A stretch of 64,000 nt of DNA from Candidatus Latescibacterota bacterium. Its GTDB lineage: Bacteria; Latescibacterota; UBA2968; UBA8231. The notes under the pieces are model-generated. The model was not told where the DNA came from, ran no database searches, and saw nothing but the letters and a program-made list of their open reading frames with translations. The DNA lies in assembly GCA_965261395.1 (NCBI GenBank), contig OZ253462.1:6368001-6432000 (forward strand). Direction: 5' to 3'. Of the stretch, positions 48,414 through 58,356 are shown piece by piece. Every line of letters begins with the position of its first letter. The first letter of the stretch is position 1. Position numbers and translations under genes: made by a program.

Positions 48414-49094
48414 CTACGCCAGCTTCTCGTCAGAAGCAATGCGCCCGTCGTGGATGCGGATCAGCCGCTTGGCCTGTAGGGCAATGACGGGATCGTGGGT
48501 CACCAACAGCACGGTGTTGCCCTCGTCTTGCAAGGTATCGAAGAGAATCATGATCTCCTCGCCGGTGCTAGAGTCGAGGTTGCCAGTCGGCTCGTCGGCC
48601 AACAGCAGCGAAGGTCCGTTGGCTAAGGCGCGGGCAATGGCCACCCGCTGACATTGGCCGCCGGACAGCTCAGTCGGGCGGTGCGTCATGCGGTCGGCCA
48701 AACCAACCCGCTCCAGCGCCTGCATCGCCCGTTCACGGCGCACCTTGCGGCGTTGGCCATTGTAAATCAGCGGCAGCTCGACGTTTTGCAGGGCCGATGC
48801 GCGCGGCAGCAAATTGAAGGTCTGGAAGATGAAGCCAACGCGGCTGTTGCGCACTTCGGCCAGCTCGTTGGCATTCATCCGCGACACATCCGTGCCGTCC
48901 ATGCGATACGTCCCATCCGTGGGCGAGTCCAAGCAGCCGAGGATGTTCATCAGCGTGGATTTGCCCGAGCCAGAAGGCCCCATCAGCGCGACGTATTCAT
49001 TGTCCCCAATCGCCAAATCCACCTCCCGCAAGGCATGGACCTCTTCGGTTCCACGCACGTAAACCTTGCTAATGCCATTCAGTTCGATCAGCAC
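48414..49094 (-). CDS. MacB/LolD-type ABC transporter ATP-binding protein
   Basis: [35 protein letters not shown]; GTG start. Confidence 0.92.
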   Translation of the reverse strand: MLIELNGISKVYVRGTEEVHALREVDLAIGDNEYVALMGPSGSGKSTLMNILGCLDSPTDGTYRMDGTDVSRMNANELAEVRNSRVGFIFQTFNLLPRASALQNVELPLIYNGQRRKVRRERAMQALERVGLADRMTHRPTELSGGQCQRVAIARALANGPSLLLADEPTGNLDSSTGEEIMILFDTLQDEGNTVLLVTHDPVIALQAKRLIRIHDGRIASDEKLA

Positions 49095-49098
49095 GAGA

Positions 49099-50322
49099 TC
49101 ACTCCGAGCGCAAAGCATCCACCGGATCGAGCCGCGAGGCGCGGGCCGCCGGATAGATGCCAAAGAAAAGGCCAATCGCAATGGACAGGGCCAGCACCAG
49201 CAGCGTGGCCTCTGGCGAAACAATGCTGGGAAAGTTCAATTCGCTGTAATGGGAAATGACGCGCGCAATGCCCTCGCCCAACCCGTATCCCGCAGCCACC
49301 CCCAGCGCTCCCCCCGTCAAGCTCAAGGCCATCGCCTCGATCACGAATTGCCACAGCAGCGTCACCGGCTTGGCACCGAGGGCCTTGCGGATGCCAATCT
49401 CGCGGGTGCGCTCGGCCACCGACACCAGCAAGATGTTCATAATGCCAATGCCCCCGACCAAAAGCGAAATCCCCGCAATCCCACCCACGACCAACTTCAA
49501 CAGCAAAATGGTCTGCTCGACCTGCTCGAGGATGCTGCGGCCGCTGATGATCTGATAGCTAGCCTCTGGGCCGTGGCGCTTTTTGAGCGCCTTTTCAATG
49601 GCAGTGGTAATGTGGGGAACGTCTTCTTGCTCCTTGGCGTGAGCTACCAAGCCTTGGATGAACTTGTTGCCGGCGAGGCGTCGCTGGGCCGTCGTCACCG
49701 GCACCAGCACTTGGTCTCCCCAATCCTCGCCAAAGGTCAGGCGATCCTCCATGAGGCCGACGACCGTAAAGCGCTGGCCGTTGAGCTTGAGCTCGCGGCC
49801 CAAAAAGGGAGCCAAGCCAAACACCTCCTCGCGCACCTTTTGCCCAATCACGCAGACCCGGCGCAGCTTGTCCAAGTCGGCGTTGATCAGGAAGCGACCC
49901 TCGGCCACCTGCCAGTTGTACACCTCGGCGAACTTGGGCAAGGTCCCGGCCGCCCTGCTCTGGTAGCTGGCCTTGCGATAGCGCAGATTGGCCCCATGCG
50001 TCATAGAGGGCAGGACCGCGGCTAAGCGGTCGGAGGACTGCTCGACTACGCGCAGGTCGTCCAAGGTCAAGGGCTTATAGCGGGGGTTGGGCACCCAGCG
50101 GCCGTCCTTGAGCTGCATGTATTGCGGCGTAATCATCACGAACTGCGCCCCGCCCAGCTTGCCAAACTCGTCAATGACAAACTGCCGCATCCCCTCGCCA
50201 ATGGACACGATGCCGACGACCGCGCCGACCCCAATCATCATGCCCAGCAAGGTCAGCGCCGTGCGCAGCTTGTTGACCCATATTTGCCCGAGGGCAATGC
50301 GGATGGCTTCGAGGAAGATCAC
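49099..50322 (-). CDS. MacB/FtsX-type ABC permease
   Basis: [42 protein letters not shown]. Confidence 0.92.
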   Translation of the reverse strand: MIFLEAIRIALGQIWVNKLRTALTLLGMMIGVGAVVGIVSIGEGMRQFVIDEFGKLGGAQFVMITPQYMQLKDGRWVPNPRYKPLTLDDLRVVEQSSDRLAAVLPSMTHGANLRYRKASYQSRAAGTLPKFAEVYNWQVAEGRFLINADLDKLRRVCVIGQKVREEVFGLAPFLGRELKLNGQRFTVVGLMEDRLTFGEDWGDQVLVPVTTAQRRLAGNKFIQGLVAHAKEQEDVPHITTAIEKALKKRHGPEASYQIISGRSILEQVEQTILLLKLVVGGIAGISLLVGGIGIMNILLVSVAERTREIGIRKALGAKPVTLLWQFVIEAMALSLTGGALGVAAGYGLGEGIARVISHYSELNFPSIVSPEATLLVLALSIAIGLFFGIYPAARASRLDPVDALRSE

Positions 50323-51548
50323 GAGCGGCGCAGCGCTTCTACCGGATCGAGCCGGGCAGCGCGAAAAGCGGGATAGACGCCAAAGAAGATGCCCACCGCC
50401 GATGAAAAGCCGACGGCCCAGAGCACGGACTCAGCCGAGACAATGCTGGTAAAAGGCGCACCGGGCGCGAGCTGCTGAATGACGAAGGCCGCTCCCAAGC
50501 CAAAGCCGAAGCCGGTGAGGATGCCCAACAGACCGCCGACCATGCTCAAGACTACGGCCTCGGCGAGGAACTGGCCGAGGATGTGGCGCGGCTTGGCACC
50601 GAGAGCTTTGCGGATGCCAATCTCGCGGGTGCGCTCGGCCACCGACACCAGCAAGATGTTCATAATGCCAATGCCGCCGACCAACAGCGAAATCCCCGCA
50701 ATCCCACCGCCCACTTGCTGCAGGACGCGGAAGAACTCATTGGCGTCGTCTATCTGCCCCTCGCTGGTTTCCACCTCAAAGGCGTCGCCGTGCTCGTGGT
50801 GCCGCCGGAGGACGCGGCGCACCGCAGCGACGACCCGCGCAACGGCATCCAAATCCTCGACGAAAAGCGTGAGTTCCGAAAAGTGATCCACGCCTTGCAG
50901 CCGCTTTTGGGCCGTGGTGTACGGGACCAATACGATATTGCCCTCACTTCTGCCAAAGCGGACGCGCTCGTCGAGCACGCCAACGACCACGTAGCGGTCG
51001 CCGTTGAGTAGGATCTCCTTACCCAGCGGGTTGGCCCCCTGAAAGAGGCTTCCATACACATCGTCACCGAGCAGGCAGACCTTGCGGGCGAGGCGCAAGT
51101 CGTCCGCGCTCAGCGGCCGGCCACCGAGCACGGGCCAGTTGAAGCCCTCGTTGAACGCAGCGGATGTGCCTGTATAGCTCGCATCCACGGTGGTTTTGCC
51201 GCGCTGTAGCGCGGCACTGCCTTGAATCACGGGCACGAGCGCGTGCAACCCGTCGATTTCCCGCTGCATGGCCGCCATGTCGGCCTCGGTCAAGTACTCC
51301 TGCCAAGGCCGTCGCACCCAGCGGCCATCCTTGCGCACCCACTGGCGCGGCGGCTCCACCTGGATCATGCCCGCCCCGCCGCTGAAGATAAACTGCGAGA
51401 TCACTTGGCGGCGCAGCCCCTCCCCGAGCGACACCACCGCAATAATAGCCGCCACGCCAATGACAATGCCCAACAGCGTCAACAGCGAACGCAACTTATG
51501 CGCCCGGAGCTGGCCCAAGCCAGCGAAGAGGGGTTCGAGAACGGTCAT
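50319..51548 (-). CDS. MacB/FtsX-type ABC permease (paralog)
   Basis: Same MacB permease motifs. Confidence 0.92.
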   Translation of the reverse strand: MTVLEPLFAGLGQLRAHKLRSLLTLLGIVIGVAAIIAVVSLGEGLRRQVISQFIFSGGAGMIQVEPPRQWVRKDGRWVRRPWQEYLTEADMAAMQREIDGLHALVPVIQGSAALQRGKTTVDASYTGTSAAFNEGFNWPVLGGRPLSADDLRLARKVCLLGDDVYGSLFQGANPLGKEILLNGDRYVVVGVLDERVRFGRSEGNIVLVPYTTAQKRLQGVDHFSELTLFVEDLDAVARVVAAVRRVLRRHHEHGDAFEVETSEGQIDDANEFFRVLQQVGGGIAGISLLVGGIGIMNILLVSVAERTREIGIRKALGAKPRHILGQFLAEAVVLSMVGGLLGILTGFGFGLGAAFVIQQLAPGAPFTSIVSAESVLWAVGFSSAVGIFFGVYPAFRAARLDPVEALRRS

Positions 51549-52837
51549 TAGCGTTCCTCGTCCTGCTCCTGCTCCTCGTCCTCGTCCTCGTCCTTCTGCT
51601 CCAGTTTGCTGCGAATGACGCTTGGGTCTTCAGCGACGCGGTCGCCACTGGCTAGGCCGGAGAGGATTTCGAGGCGGGTTGAGGTCTCAATGCCGATGGC
51701 TAGTTCCACCTCGGCGAAGGCGCTGAGAGGTAGTTGAAACGCGCTGTCTGGACGCGTGCTGTCCGGAACGGCGGCTAGCGAATCCGGCGACTGAGCGAGA
51801 TACGCGACAAAGCGGCCGCTCGTGCCCTCGCGCTCGTCTTCTTTGTCCTCGTCGTCAAAAACCTCCAGCACCCGCTCAACCGGCAGGTACACCGCGCTGT
51901 CGCGCCGCGCAAAGAGAATGTCGATGTCGCAGGACATGCCCTGGCGCAGGCGCGGCGCGTTGTCGGTAATCTCGATCTCGGTGTCAAAGGTGACGATGGT
52001 ACTGCCCTGCTTCTGCTGGCCCACGGGCGCAATCCAGCGCACCCGGCCGCTATACGCGGTGTCGGGATACGCATCCACGACAATGTCCACGTCTTGGCCG
52101 ACCTGCACCCGGCCAATGTCGATTTCCGCGATGTCGCCGCGCACGATCATCTGGCTGGGATCGCCGATTTCAAAGAGTACCGTTCCGCCCGAATACGACG
52201 AAAGCCCAGAGGCCACCACCTCGCCCACCTCTACGTCGCGGCGGATGACGATGCCGTCGATCGGGGCGAGGATGCGCACCTCGTCGAGCGCGACTTGGTC
52301 TGGCCCGAGTTGGTCGCTGTGCAGGTTGGCCTTGGCTTCGAGCATGTCGAGTTCGAGCTGGGCCAAGCGCAGGCTGGTGCGCACGCGCGTCAGACGCACC
52401 TCGGCTTCCTCAAATTGCTTGGCCGGCACCATCTTGCTGTCGAAGAGGGCCTTCTGGCGCGCGAAGTTGCGCTCCTCTTCCGCCAAGTTGATCTTGCCCT
52501 GCTCCACGTTCGAGCGCTTCTGATATAATTGCAGCGATTGATTGGGGTCTGGCTCGATGACCACCATCAGCTCACCCGTCTCCACCCACGCGCCGGCCTC
52601 TATGGGCAGGTCGCGGATTTCGCCGGCAATCGTCGATTTGACCTCCACGGTCCGCACCAACTCAATGCGACCCGTTTCGGCTAGCTTATCGACGACCGCG
52701 CCCCGCTCGACTAGCTCCGTGGCATAGGTCTCTTCGGTCTTCTCCTGCCGTAAGTTGAAATAGACCGCGGCCCCAACTGAGCCGGCCAAGAGCAAGAAGA
52801 CGAGGAGCTTCAAGAGGCCGCGCTTCTTGGTCGCCAC
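51548..52837 (-). CDS. Periplasmic adaptor / membrane fusion protein (MacA-like)
   Basis: N-terminal TM, VEVKSTIAGEI, ILAPIDGIV, LRQGMS; GTG start with GGAGG RBS. Confidence 0.88.
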   Translation of the reverse strand: MATKKRGLLKLLVFLLLAGSVGAAVYFNLRQEKTEETYATELVERGAVVDKLAETGRIELVRTVEVKSTIAGEIRDLPIEAGAWVETGELMVVIEPDPNQSLQLYQKRSNVEQGKINLAEEERNFARQKALFDSKMVPAKQFEEAEVRLTRVRTSLRLAQLELDMLEAKANLHSDQLGPDQVALDEVRILAPIDGIVIRRDVEVGEVVASGLSSYSGGTVLFEIGDPSQMIVRGDIAEIDIGRVQVGQDVDIVVDAYPDTAYSGRVRWIAPVGQQKQGSTIVTFDTEIEITDNAPRLRQGMSCDIDILFARRDSAVYLPVERVLEVFDDEDKEDEREGTSGRFVAYLAQSPDSLAAVPDSTRPDSAFQLPLSAFAEVELAIGIETSTRLEILSGLASGDRVAEDPSVIRSKLEQKDEDEDEEQEQDEER

Positions 52838-52838
52838 A

Positions 52839-53510
52839 TCAACCTCCAGGTCCGAGGGTGCTGAAGAATGCGCCGACGGCGAGGAAGATAAGCGTGATGG
52901 CCGCAACGCCTGCATAGGCGCGGCTGCGCTCTACCTGCCCGATGATAGCTAGCCCGAGGCCAGCGATGACCACCATCCAGATGCCAAAGGGATCAATGGA
53001 ACTCAATAAAGCTCCCCCGAAACTTTTTCGGGCCTCCTCGGAGAGAAACATCCCCAGCCCTATTTGTACCTTCATCGTCTCATTGGCTAAGACCAGCGGC
53101 GTCTTGACAATATGCTGGAGAATGGCAATCAGCGACGTGTACGCGACGATGACCAAGCACTGACCATAGCCGAGCAGGCCGCCGAGTAATCTACCTACCA
53201 AGAGGTAGATCGCAGCACCAATAAAGAGCATGACAAACGTCATAATCGGCGCGGCAATTAGCGAACTGACCTTTATGGCGGTTTGAGCTCCCTCCCGCTG
53301 GTCTGCGGGCATCTGCTGCGTCATCTCGGCCAATTGGACAGGTATGGTTAAATACGTGGAGATGAAGATCACCACCGCGACTAGCGCGGTCGGCACCAGC
53401 CAGTCGGCAGCACTGCGCTGCTCGCTTACGGCCTCAAAGGTCTCGGATGGAGCGTAGAAGACGCGCAACATGCGGCCGACGACGCTCATTTCTGCTTGGG
53501 GAGCTTCCAT
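52839..53510 (-). CDS. Yip1-domain membrane protein (YknW-like)
   Basis: VFYAPSETFE, IDPFGIW and about five TM helices. Confidence 0.82.
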   Translation of the reverse strand: MEAPQAEMSVVGRMLRVFYAPSETFEAVSEQRSAADWLVPTALVAVVIFISTYLTIPVQLAEMTQQMPADQREGAQTAIKVSSLIAAPIMTFVMLFIGAAIYLLVGRLLGGLLGYGQCLVIVAYTSLIAILQHIVKTPLVLANETMKVQIGLGMFLSEEARKSFGGALLSSIDPFGIWMVVIAGLGLAIIGQVERSRAYAGVAAITLIFLAVGAFFSTLGPGG

Positions 53511-53700
53511 GGCGGTTCCTTTGTGTTAGGGGTGAGGTCTTTCGCCGACAGCGGCGAATGCTCCGTCCATGGAAGCAAATTAAGGGTTGCCTAGGACCTT
53601 TCCAAACAAATTCCCACAGGGTAATCACAAGGATTATCCCCACCCAATCGCCGTAGGAGCCGCTCTTGTGGCGACCCTCCGATCGTCCCCAACGGATCCG

Positions 53701-54690
53701 CTACAACCACTGTAACAAGAACCGAGCCTGTGCCTCCTCTAAGCTTAGCAAGCCCTGGACGTACTCGCGGATGCGCTTCAGCATGGCCGCCGGATCGTTG
53801 CACGCTCCCTTGAAGAACAAGACGCGCGTCGCTTCCCAACGCCGGCCTATGTCCCCAAAGGTATCGGCCGCAGCCGACAGGGCACCTAAGCCGGTTGCAG
53901 CCGCCAGCCGCCGCAGGTTGTCGTCCATCCGTCGGCGCTGAGGGCCGAGTAGGGATATCTGGCAGAACACCTCCCGCATCCAAACGCGCAGGCTCTCTTC
54001 GTCCTGCTCAGTCTGACGCTCTATCTCCTCGACAAAGCGCTGCGCGGCCGGCAGGCCCGTCTCTACCCGGCCGACCTTGTTGCCCGCGAGCATCTCCCGC
54101 ACATCCGCCAAGAGGACCTGCCCCATTTTTTTAACTGGATAAGGGTCGAGATCCTCGGGTACCGCGTAGTCGTACACCACCAGCTCGGGCAACATCTCGG
54201 ACAGACAAGAGAGCGGCACCCGCCCTACAAAGCCCTGTGGATTGACTAAGACCATCAACATATCCGCCGCTTGATCGTACCCGTAGATGAGCATGGCTTC
54301 GCTCGCGCCGGGGGTGCGATTGTAGCGAAAGGCCGCATCGCTTACATCGCGGGCATCCACCCAAGCGAGCAGCACCCGGTCTGCGGCAATTGACTCCTCA
54401 ATGGCCTGCCACAGGTCGGCAAAATTGTCGCGGCGCACCTCGCGGCGCTCAATTCCGTGGAGATAGTACAAATTGCGATGGATAAGCTCGTTGGCGGGCA
54501 GGCCGACTGGCATTCTCTCCTCGGCGTCAAAAAAGAACGACCAGCTCATCAAGGCCCCGTAGTACGCTCGCTCGTCGGCGAGCTGGGGGCTATGGTATTG
54601 GAGCGCGGCCATAATAGTCTCCCCAGGGGCGAACAACATAGGATCCCTCTCGACTCGGTATAGATTAACAGGGCGACGTACCTTTTTCAC
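53701..54690 (-). CDS. BtrH_N-like (papain-fold) protein
   Basis: IEESIAADRVLLAWVD, MLIYGYD motifs and helical C-terminal region. Confidence 0.5.
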   Translation of the reverse strand: MKKVRRPVNLYRVERDPMLFAPGETIMAALQYHSPQLADERAYYGALMSWSFFFDAEERMPVGLPANELIHRNLYYLHGIERREVRRDNFADLWQAIEESIAADRVLLAWVDARDVSDAAFRYNRTPGASEAMLIYGYDQAADMLMVLVNPQGFVGRVPLSCLSEMLPELVVYDYAVPEDLDPYPVKKMGQVLLADVREMLAGNKVGRVETGLPAAQRFVEEIERQTEQDEESLRVWMREVFCQISLLGPQRRRMDDNLRRLAAATGLGALSAAADTFGDIGRRWEATRVLFFKGACNDPAAMLKRIREYVQGLLSLEEAQARFLLQWL

Positions 54691-54879
54691 GGTATCCTCA
54701 ATCGGTTAGGGTGAGTTGCCAAAGTCAGGGCAAGGCGCACATATAGAGTGGTCTAAAAAGGACTTCTGCTCTAGACAGCGGATGGGATGGTAATGAGCAA
54801 GTCGCCTTGGGCCGAGGCGGGCTTTCACCGCGCCTTCAGGCGTGAACATGACCCATCTCCTTTGGAGAAGGGAACAGGA

Positions 54880-55040
54880 GGCCCCCGAAGGGGCCGGGCC
54901 GTGTCCAACATTCCCTGCAGAATGCAGCGATGTCTCTACCTATTCACCAAGGCGGAGGGAGCGACCCTTCGCCGGGTTTCGGCTATTGTATTAAGCAGAT
55001 AACCCGACTAAGGCGGGATCTGCAAGGAATGATGGACAGC
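54880..55040 (-). ncRNA. Candidate structured non-coding RNA / leader (unassigned)
   Basis: 20-bp closing inverted repeat (54902-54921 / 55019-55038), internal hairpins, and a following cUUCGg hairpin on the minus strand. Confidence 0.35.
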
Positions 55041-55096
55041 CTGAAGATAGGGGGAGATGGTCACTGGCGACAAGGCAAACTTGTTTGGTGATGGGC

Positions 55097-55126
55097 AAAA
55101 AAAACCAGCCCCTTGGCGGGGCTGGT
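55097..55126 (-). terminator. Rho-independent terminator after the DUF1854 gene
   Basis: ACCAGCCCC-GCCAA-GGGGCTGGT stem followed by a T-run on the minus strand. Confidence 0.85.
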
Positions 55127-55152
55127 CGGCACGTTGCAACGGCGAGCGCTGG

Positions 55153-55683
55153 TCAGACGACCTGCTCAACCGCGGCCAAACTCTTCTTGTCCAGTTCGTC
55201 GAGGCGCGGAATTTCAAAGCGGTTGCCGTCCACGTCGGTGATCAGCAGCCGGTGGTCGCCGAGCCACTGGGCGTTTTCCGAGACGTTCTGGACGACGAAC
55301 TCGCGCGGGCCGCGATCGGTCTGCACATCCCAATAAGAGGTGCCGTATTCGTTGCGCACCGCATTGACCTGCTGAATCGCCGCGGTCAAATAGCGGCGGT
55401 CCAACTCCTCCTCAATCAAGGCGCGCGCCTCTAAGTCGAGCTGTGTGAGTTCGTCGATCATACAGATCTCCTCATCTTTGGCGTCGAGGAAGCAGATATG
55501 GCGGGTCGGGTGGGACAGCGGCGCGGCGCGGACGACCTTTACCTTCAGGTACGAGCGGTCGCCGTCAATGGTCAAGCGCAAGATCCAAGCCGGCTCGCGG
55601 AACAGGCGCAGCTTGCCAATTTCTACGTGCTCGGGATGAGTCACGGAAATCGGGGTGATCGCTGGTTTTTCGTTATCTGCCAT
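55153..55683 (-). CDS. DUF1854-domain protein
   Basis: VVRAAPLSHP, IEEELDRRY, YWDVQTDRG, LITDVDGNRFEI; this family commonly follows paired ABC exporters. Confidence 0.82.
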   Translation of the reverse strand: MADNEKPAITPISVTHPEHVEIGKLRLFREPAWILRLTIDGDRSYLKVKVVRAAPLSHPTRHICFLDAKDEEICMIDELTQLDLEARALIEEELDRRYLTAAIQQVNAVRNEYGTSYWDVQTDRGPREFVVQNVSENAQWLGDHRLLITDVDGNRFEIPRLDELDKKSLAAVEQVV

Positions 55684-55697
55684 TGCGTCGTTCCTCA

Positions 55698-56011
55698 CTA
55701 GCCGCTGGTGGCCATAACCGCCGAAGTCTCGCGTTGGGTGTTTACCAGGTTGTAGAAAATGCCCTCGCGCGCCATCAGTTCCTCGTGCGTGCCAACCTCG
55801 GCTATTTTGCCCGCGTCGAGGACCACGAGGCGATCCGCGCTGCGCAGCGTCGAGAGCCGGTGGGCAATGGCAAAAGTCGTGCGGCCTTTGACGAGCCGCT
55901 GAATAGCCTCCTGGATCTTCTTCTCGGTCGGCGTGTCGAGCGACGAAGTCGCCTCGTCTAAGATCAGGATCCTCGGGTCGTGGAGAATGGCCCGCGCAAT
56001 GGAGATGCGCT
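55698..56011 (-). repeat. Duplicated 3' end of the ABC transporter gene (left direct repeat of the RiPP island)
   Basis: 55720-56011 matches 60249-60540 over 292 bp with about four substitutions; encodes ...[11 protein letters not shown] vs ...[11 protein letters not shown]. Confidence 0.92.
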
Positions 56012-56065
56012 ATCGGCCGTATATGAGTATGCTCAGACTTATGAAGAAATCTGCTTCATTGGAAC

Positions 56066-57121
56066 TTACTCAGCGCCCTCGCACCAAGAGAAGTTTATGC
56101 TGAACCGGTCAGCACCAAGGACTTCAGTAACCAAGTGGTTGGAATTCGTTGATACGCGGAAGAAGAATAGTCTATTGTGGGTAGGGGTAACTGCCTCAAC
56201 AACTTCTGTTGGATCAGACCCCATTGCTACTAATACACCATCATTCGGTGCCCGATACTCGGTATCGAGAAAGAGTACGCCCCGGAGTCGCTCGCCATTG
56301 GGATGACAATCGTTGTGGAAGCCTATATAATCGCCTAAGCGCATTTTGTGAGCTACCACTTCGGGGTTGTGCAAGGCGACATGACCGGTAGCGGTTGCGA
56401 GCCAAGAAAGCATAGCATCGGAACACAAGGCTGCCGTCAAATTGCCAATCGCTGGCCCGAGGCCAGGATCGCCAGTTTGAAAAATAAACTCATCCTGTAG
56501 GTAGAAGTCGGTTTCTGCACGGAACCAGCCTTGAAGTGTTTTCAACTCCTGTAAACACTGTTCTGCGATATCTCTTTGTAGAAAGTTATCAAAGATCGCA
56601 TGGGGAAAACCTTCGGCTCCCCAGAAGCGTCCTTGGTGGCACACCAATGTTTCTACGGTCATCCATTCGGGTGACAACACCGGGCTCAGCGCATTGAGAG
56701 ATTCGGAACTCGGAAGTGGTGTCATTGGGTGCTGCGTGAAATCAATTGCTGGACATGAACTGCGACCAACAATTGCATAGGCAGCTAGACGATGCAGCCC
56801 ATCCCAAAGTGTGCCATCCAAGCCAATCACAATCGGAGGTGGTTCGAAGCCTGTCCGGAGCCTTGCGGCTAGTTGCTGTATGTACTCGACGTGTTCTTTC
56901 TGTTCCGCCGGAAGTTGGGATATCTCAGCGTCGTGCTGGGCAAGTTGAATCGCTTGGCGAAGCGTACCAACATGCTCGCCCCACCTTTCGGCATCCAACA
57001 AGTATGCTAGCTGATCCTGGACGCCTACGATCCGGACGCAACGAGGGTGATAGGACGCCAGCAGTTCTCCGATATGCCAACGGTTCCCCTGTCCGTCGTC
57101 ATAGATGCTCTCGGATTTCAC
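56066..57121 (-). CDS. ParB/sulfiredoxin-like N-terminal domain fused to a 2OG-Fe(II) oxygenase (YhhC-like)
   Basis: PPPIVI...LWDGLHRL (ParB/Srx DGxHR); HNDC...NHLV...RFS facial triad and 2OG-binding Arg; GTG start overlapping the upstream stop. Confidence 0.75.
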   Translation of the reverse strand: MKSESIYDDGQGNRWHIGELLASYHPRCVRIVGVQDQLAYLLDAERWGEHVGTLRQAIQLAQHDAEISQLPAEQKEHVEYIQQLAARLRTGFEPPPIVIGLDGTLWDGLHRLAAYAIVGRSSCPAIDFTQHPMTPLPSSESLNALSPVLSPEWMTVETLVCHQGRFWGAEGFPHAIFDNFLQRDIAEQCLQELKTLQGWFRAETDFYLQDEFIFQTGDPGLGPAIGNLTAALCSDAMLSWLATATGHVALHNPEVVAHKMRLGDYIGFHNDCHPNGERLRGVLFLDTEYRAPNDGVLVAMGSDPTEVVEAVTPTHNRLFFFRVSTNSNHLVTEVLGADRFSINFSWCEGAE

Positions 57122-58356
57122 AGAGCGGCCTCTAGCTTGGCCATGGAGTGGAATACGTCGCCGCCAGCTTGGGTGAATGGGCAATGAATGGCTAGTAGGT
57201 TATGCACTTGGCTGAGTTGCTCAGACACTTCTTCAACACGGCGTGAGGCATATCGGGATAGCTGATGCTCTCCCATTGCTACGCGCCGCCAAAACGCCCC
57301 TACAATGGCAAACACGAAGTACCCGTGCAGCAACCCGCTCAAAGGACGTGGCTCCCCCTTCCAAGGCGATGGATAACATATGATATGCGCGGAGGAGTCA
57401 TACAGAGGTATCTGGCTCTCAAGTAAGTACAGCTTTTGATGGCTGTGTTCGTGTATCAGCGAGTCCAACAGATCGCCTAGGCCGATGGGTTTGCCAGCGA
57501 CTATGGGACATAAGAACACGGCACCCGGCACACTGTTATTGCTAAAGCTGCTGACAGTGTTCTGGTTGACCAGATCGCTATAGAACACTACATGGCGGTT
57601 GATGAGCAGGAGTTCATCCCATAGTTCGGGCCACTGACCGCGGAGTATCTCCAATGCTTCCCTTAGTACGCGGTCCGTAGCGGAAGCCTCGGCCACCATC
57701 GGTATGCCGAAGTCACAGCCGGACTCAAACGGCTTCGTGAGATACGGGCTTCTAGCATCAATTTCGACATGGCCTTCGTACAACGGTGTAGCCAATGCTC
57801 GCCAGCACTCCTCGGTGGCAATTTCGGTCCAGACGGGAAGTTGTGAATCGGCAGTCAACTCCACGAGCAGGCCGTCCACCAACAGACCAGACTTCTCCAC
57901 GCTGCAATGAACGGGTCTGCCGCCACTAAGTAGAGTACCTCCGGTCCCCGCGAGTGTGAACGCAACTTGAGGATGTAGCGTCGCCTCGTGACCGACGGTG
58001 CCTGACGCGAGTCCTGCCGCTAAGGCAAAGGGGTAGAAGTCCCGGTGATCGAAGCCGCGCTGGCGGCAGGCTTGGATCTCATCCTCGTCACCGTATATGA
58101 GTACCTCGGCCATAAGTTGCCACGAAACGAACGACGGATCGGATACTAGCAAGTCGCGTCCCTTAGAATTCAGACTTTCCAACACTGACAGTGCCGAGGC
58201 TGCCCAAGCACGGTAATCATCCACCTCATGGAGCATGGTGAGGATCGCGACGAGGTCTTCCCATTGCTGGCACATCCAAGCTAGCCTCACGCACTTAAGT
58301 GTCTGCTTAGATGCGGACGGGTCGGCGAACGACGAGCAGTCGTAACCGGTACTCAT
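57118..58356 (-). CDS. aKG-HExxH-type peptide modification protein
   Basis: SSFS...PGAVFL, LIHEHSHQKL, YPSPWKGEPRPLSGLLHGYFVF. Confidence 0.85.
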   Translation of the reverse strand: MSTGYDCSSFADPSASKQTLKCVRLAWMCQQWEDLVAILTMLHEVDDYRAWAASALSVLESLNSKGRDLLVSDPSFVSWQLMAEVLIYGDEDEIQACRQRGFDHRDFYPFALAAGLASGTVGHEATLHPQVAFTLAGTGGTLLSGGRPVHCSVEKSGLLVDGLLVELTADSQLPVWTEIATEECWRALATPLYEGHVEIDARSPYLTKPFESGCDFGIPMVAEASATDRVLREALEILRGQWPELWDELLLINRHVVFYSDLVNQNTVSSFSNNSVPGAVFLCPIVAGKPIGLGDLLDSLIHEHSHQKLYLLESQIPLYDSSAHIICYPSPWKGEPRPLSGLLHGYFVFAIVGAFWRRVAMGEHQLSRYASRRVEEVSEQLSQVHNLLAIHCPFTQAGGDVFHSMAKLEAAL

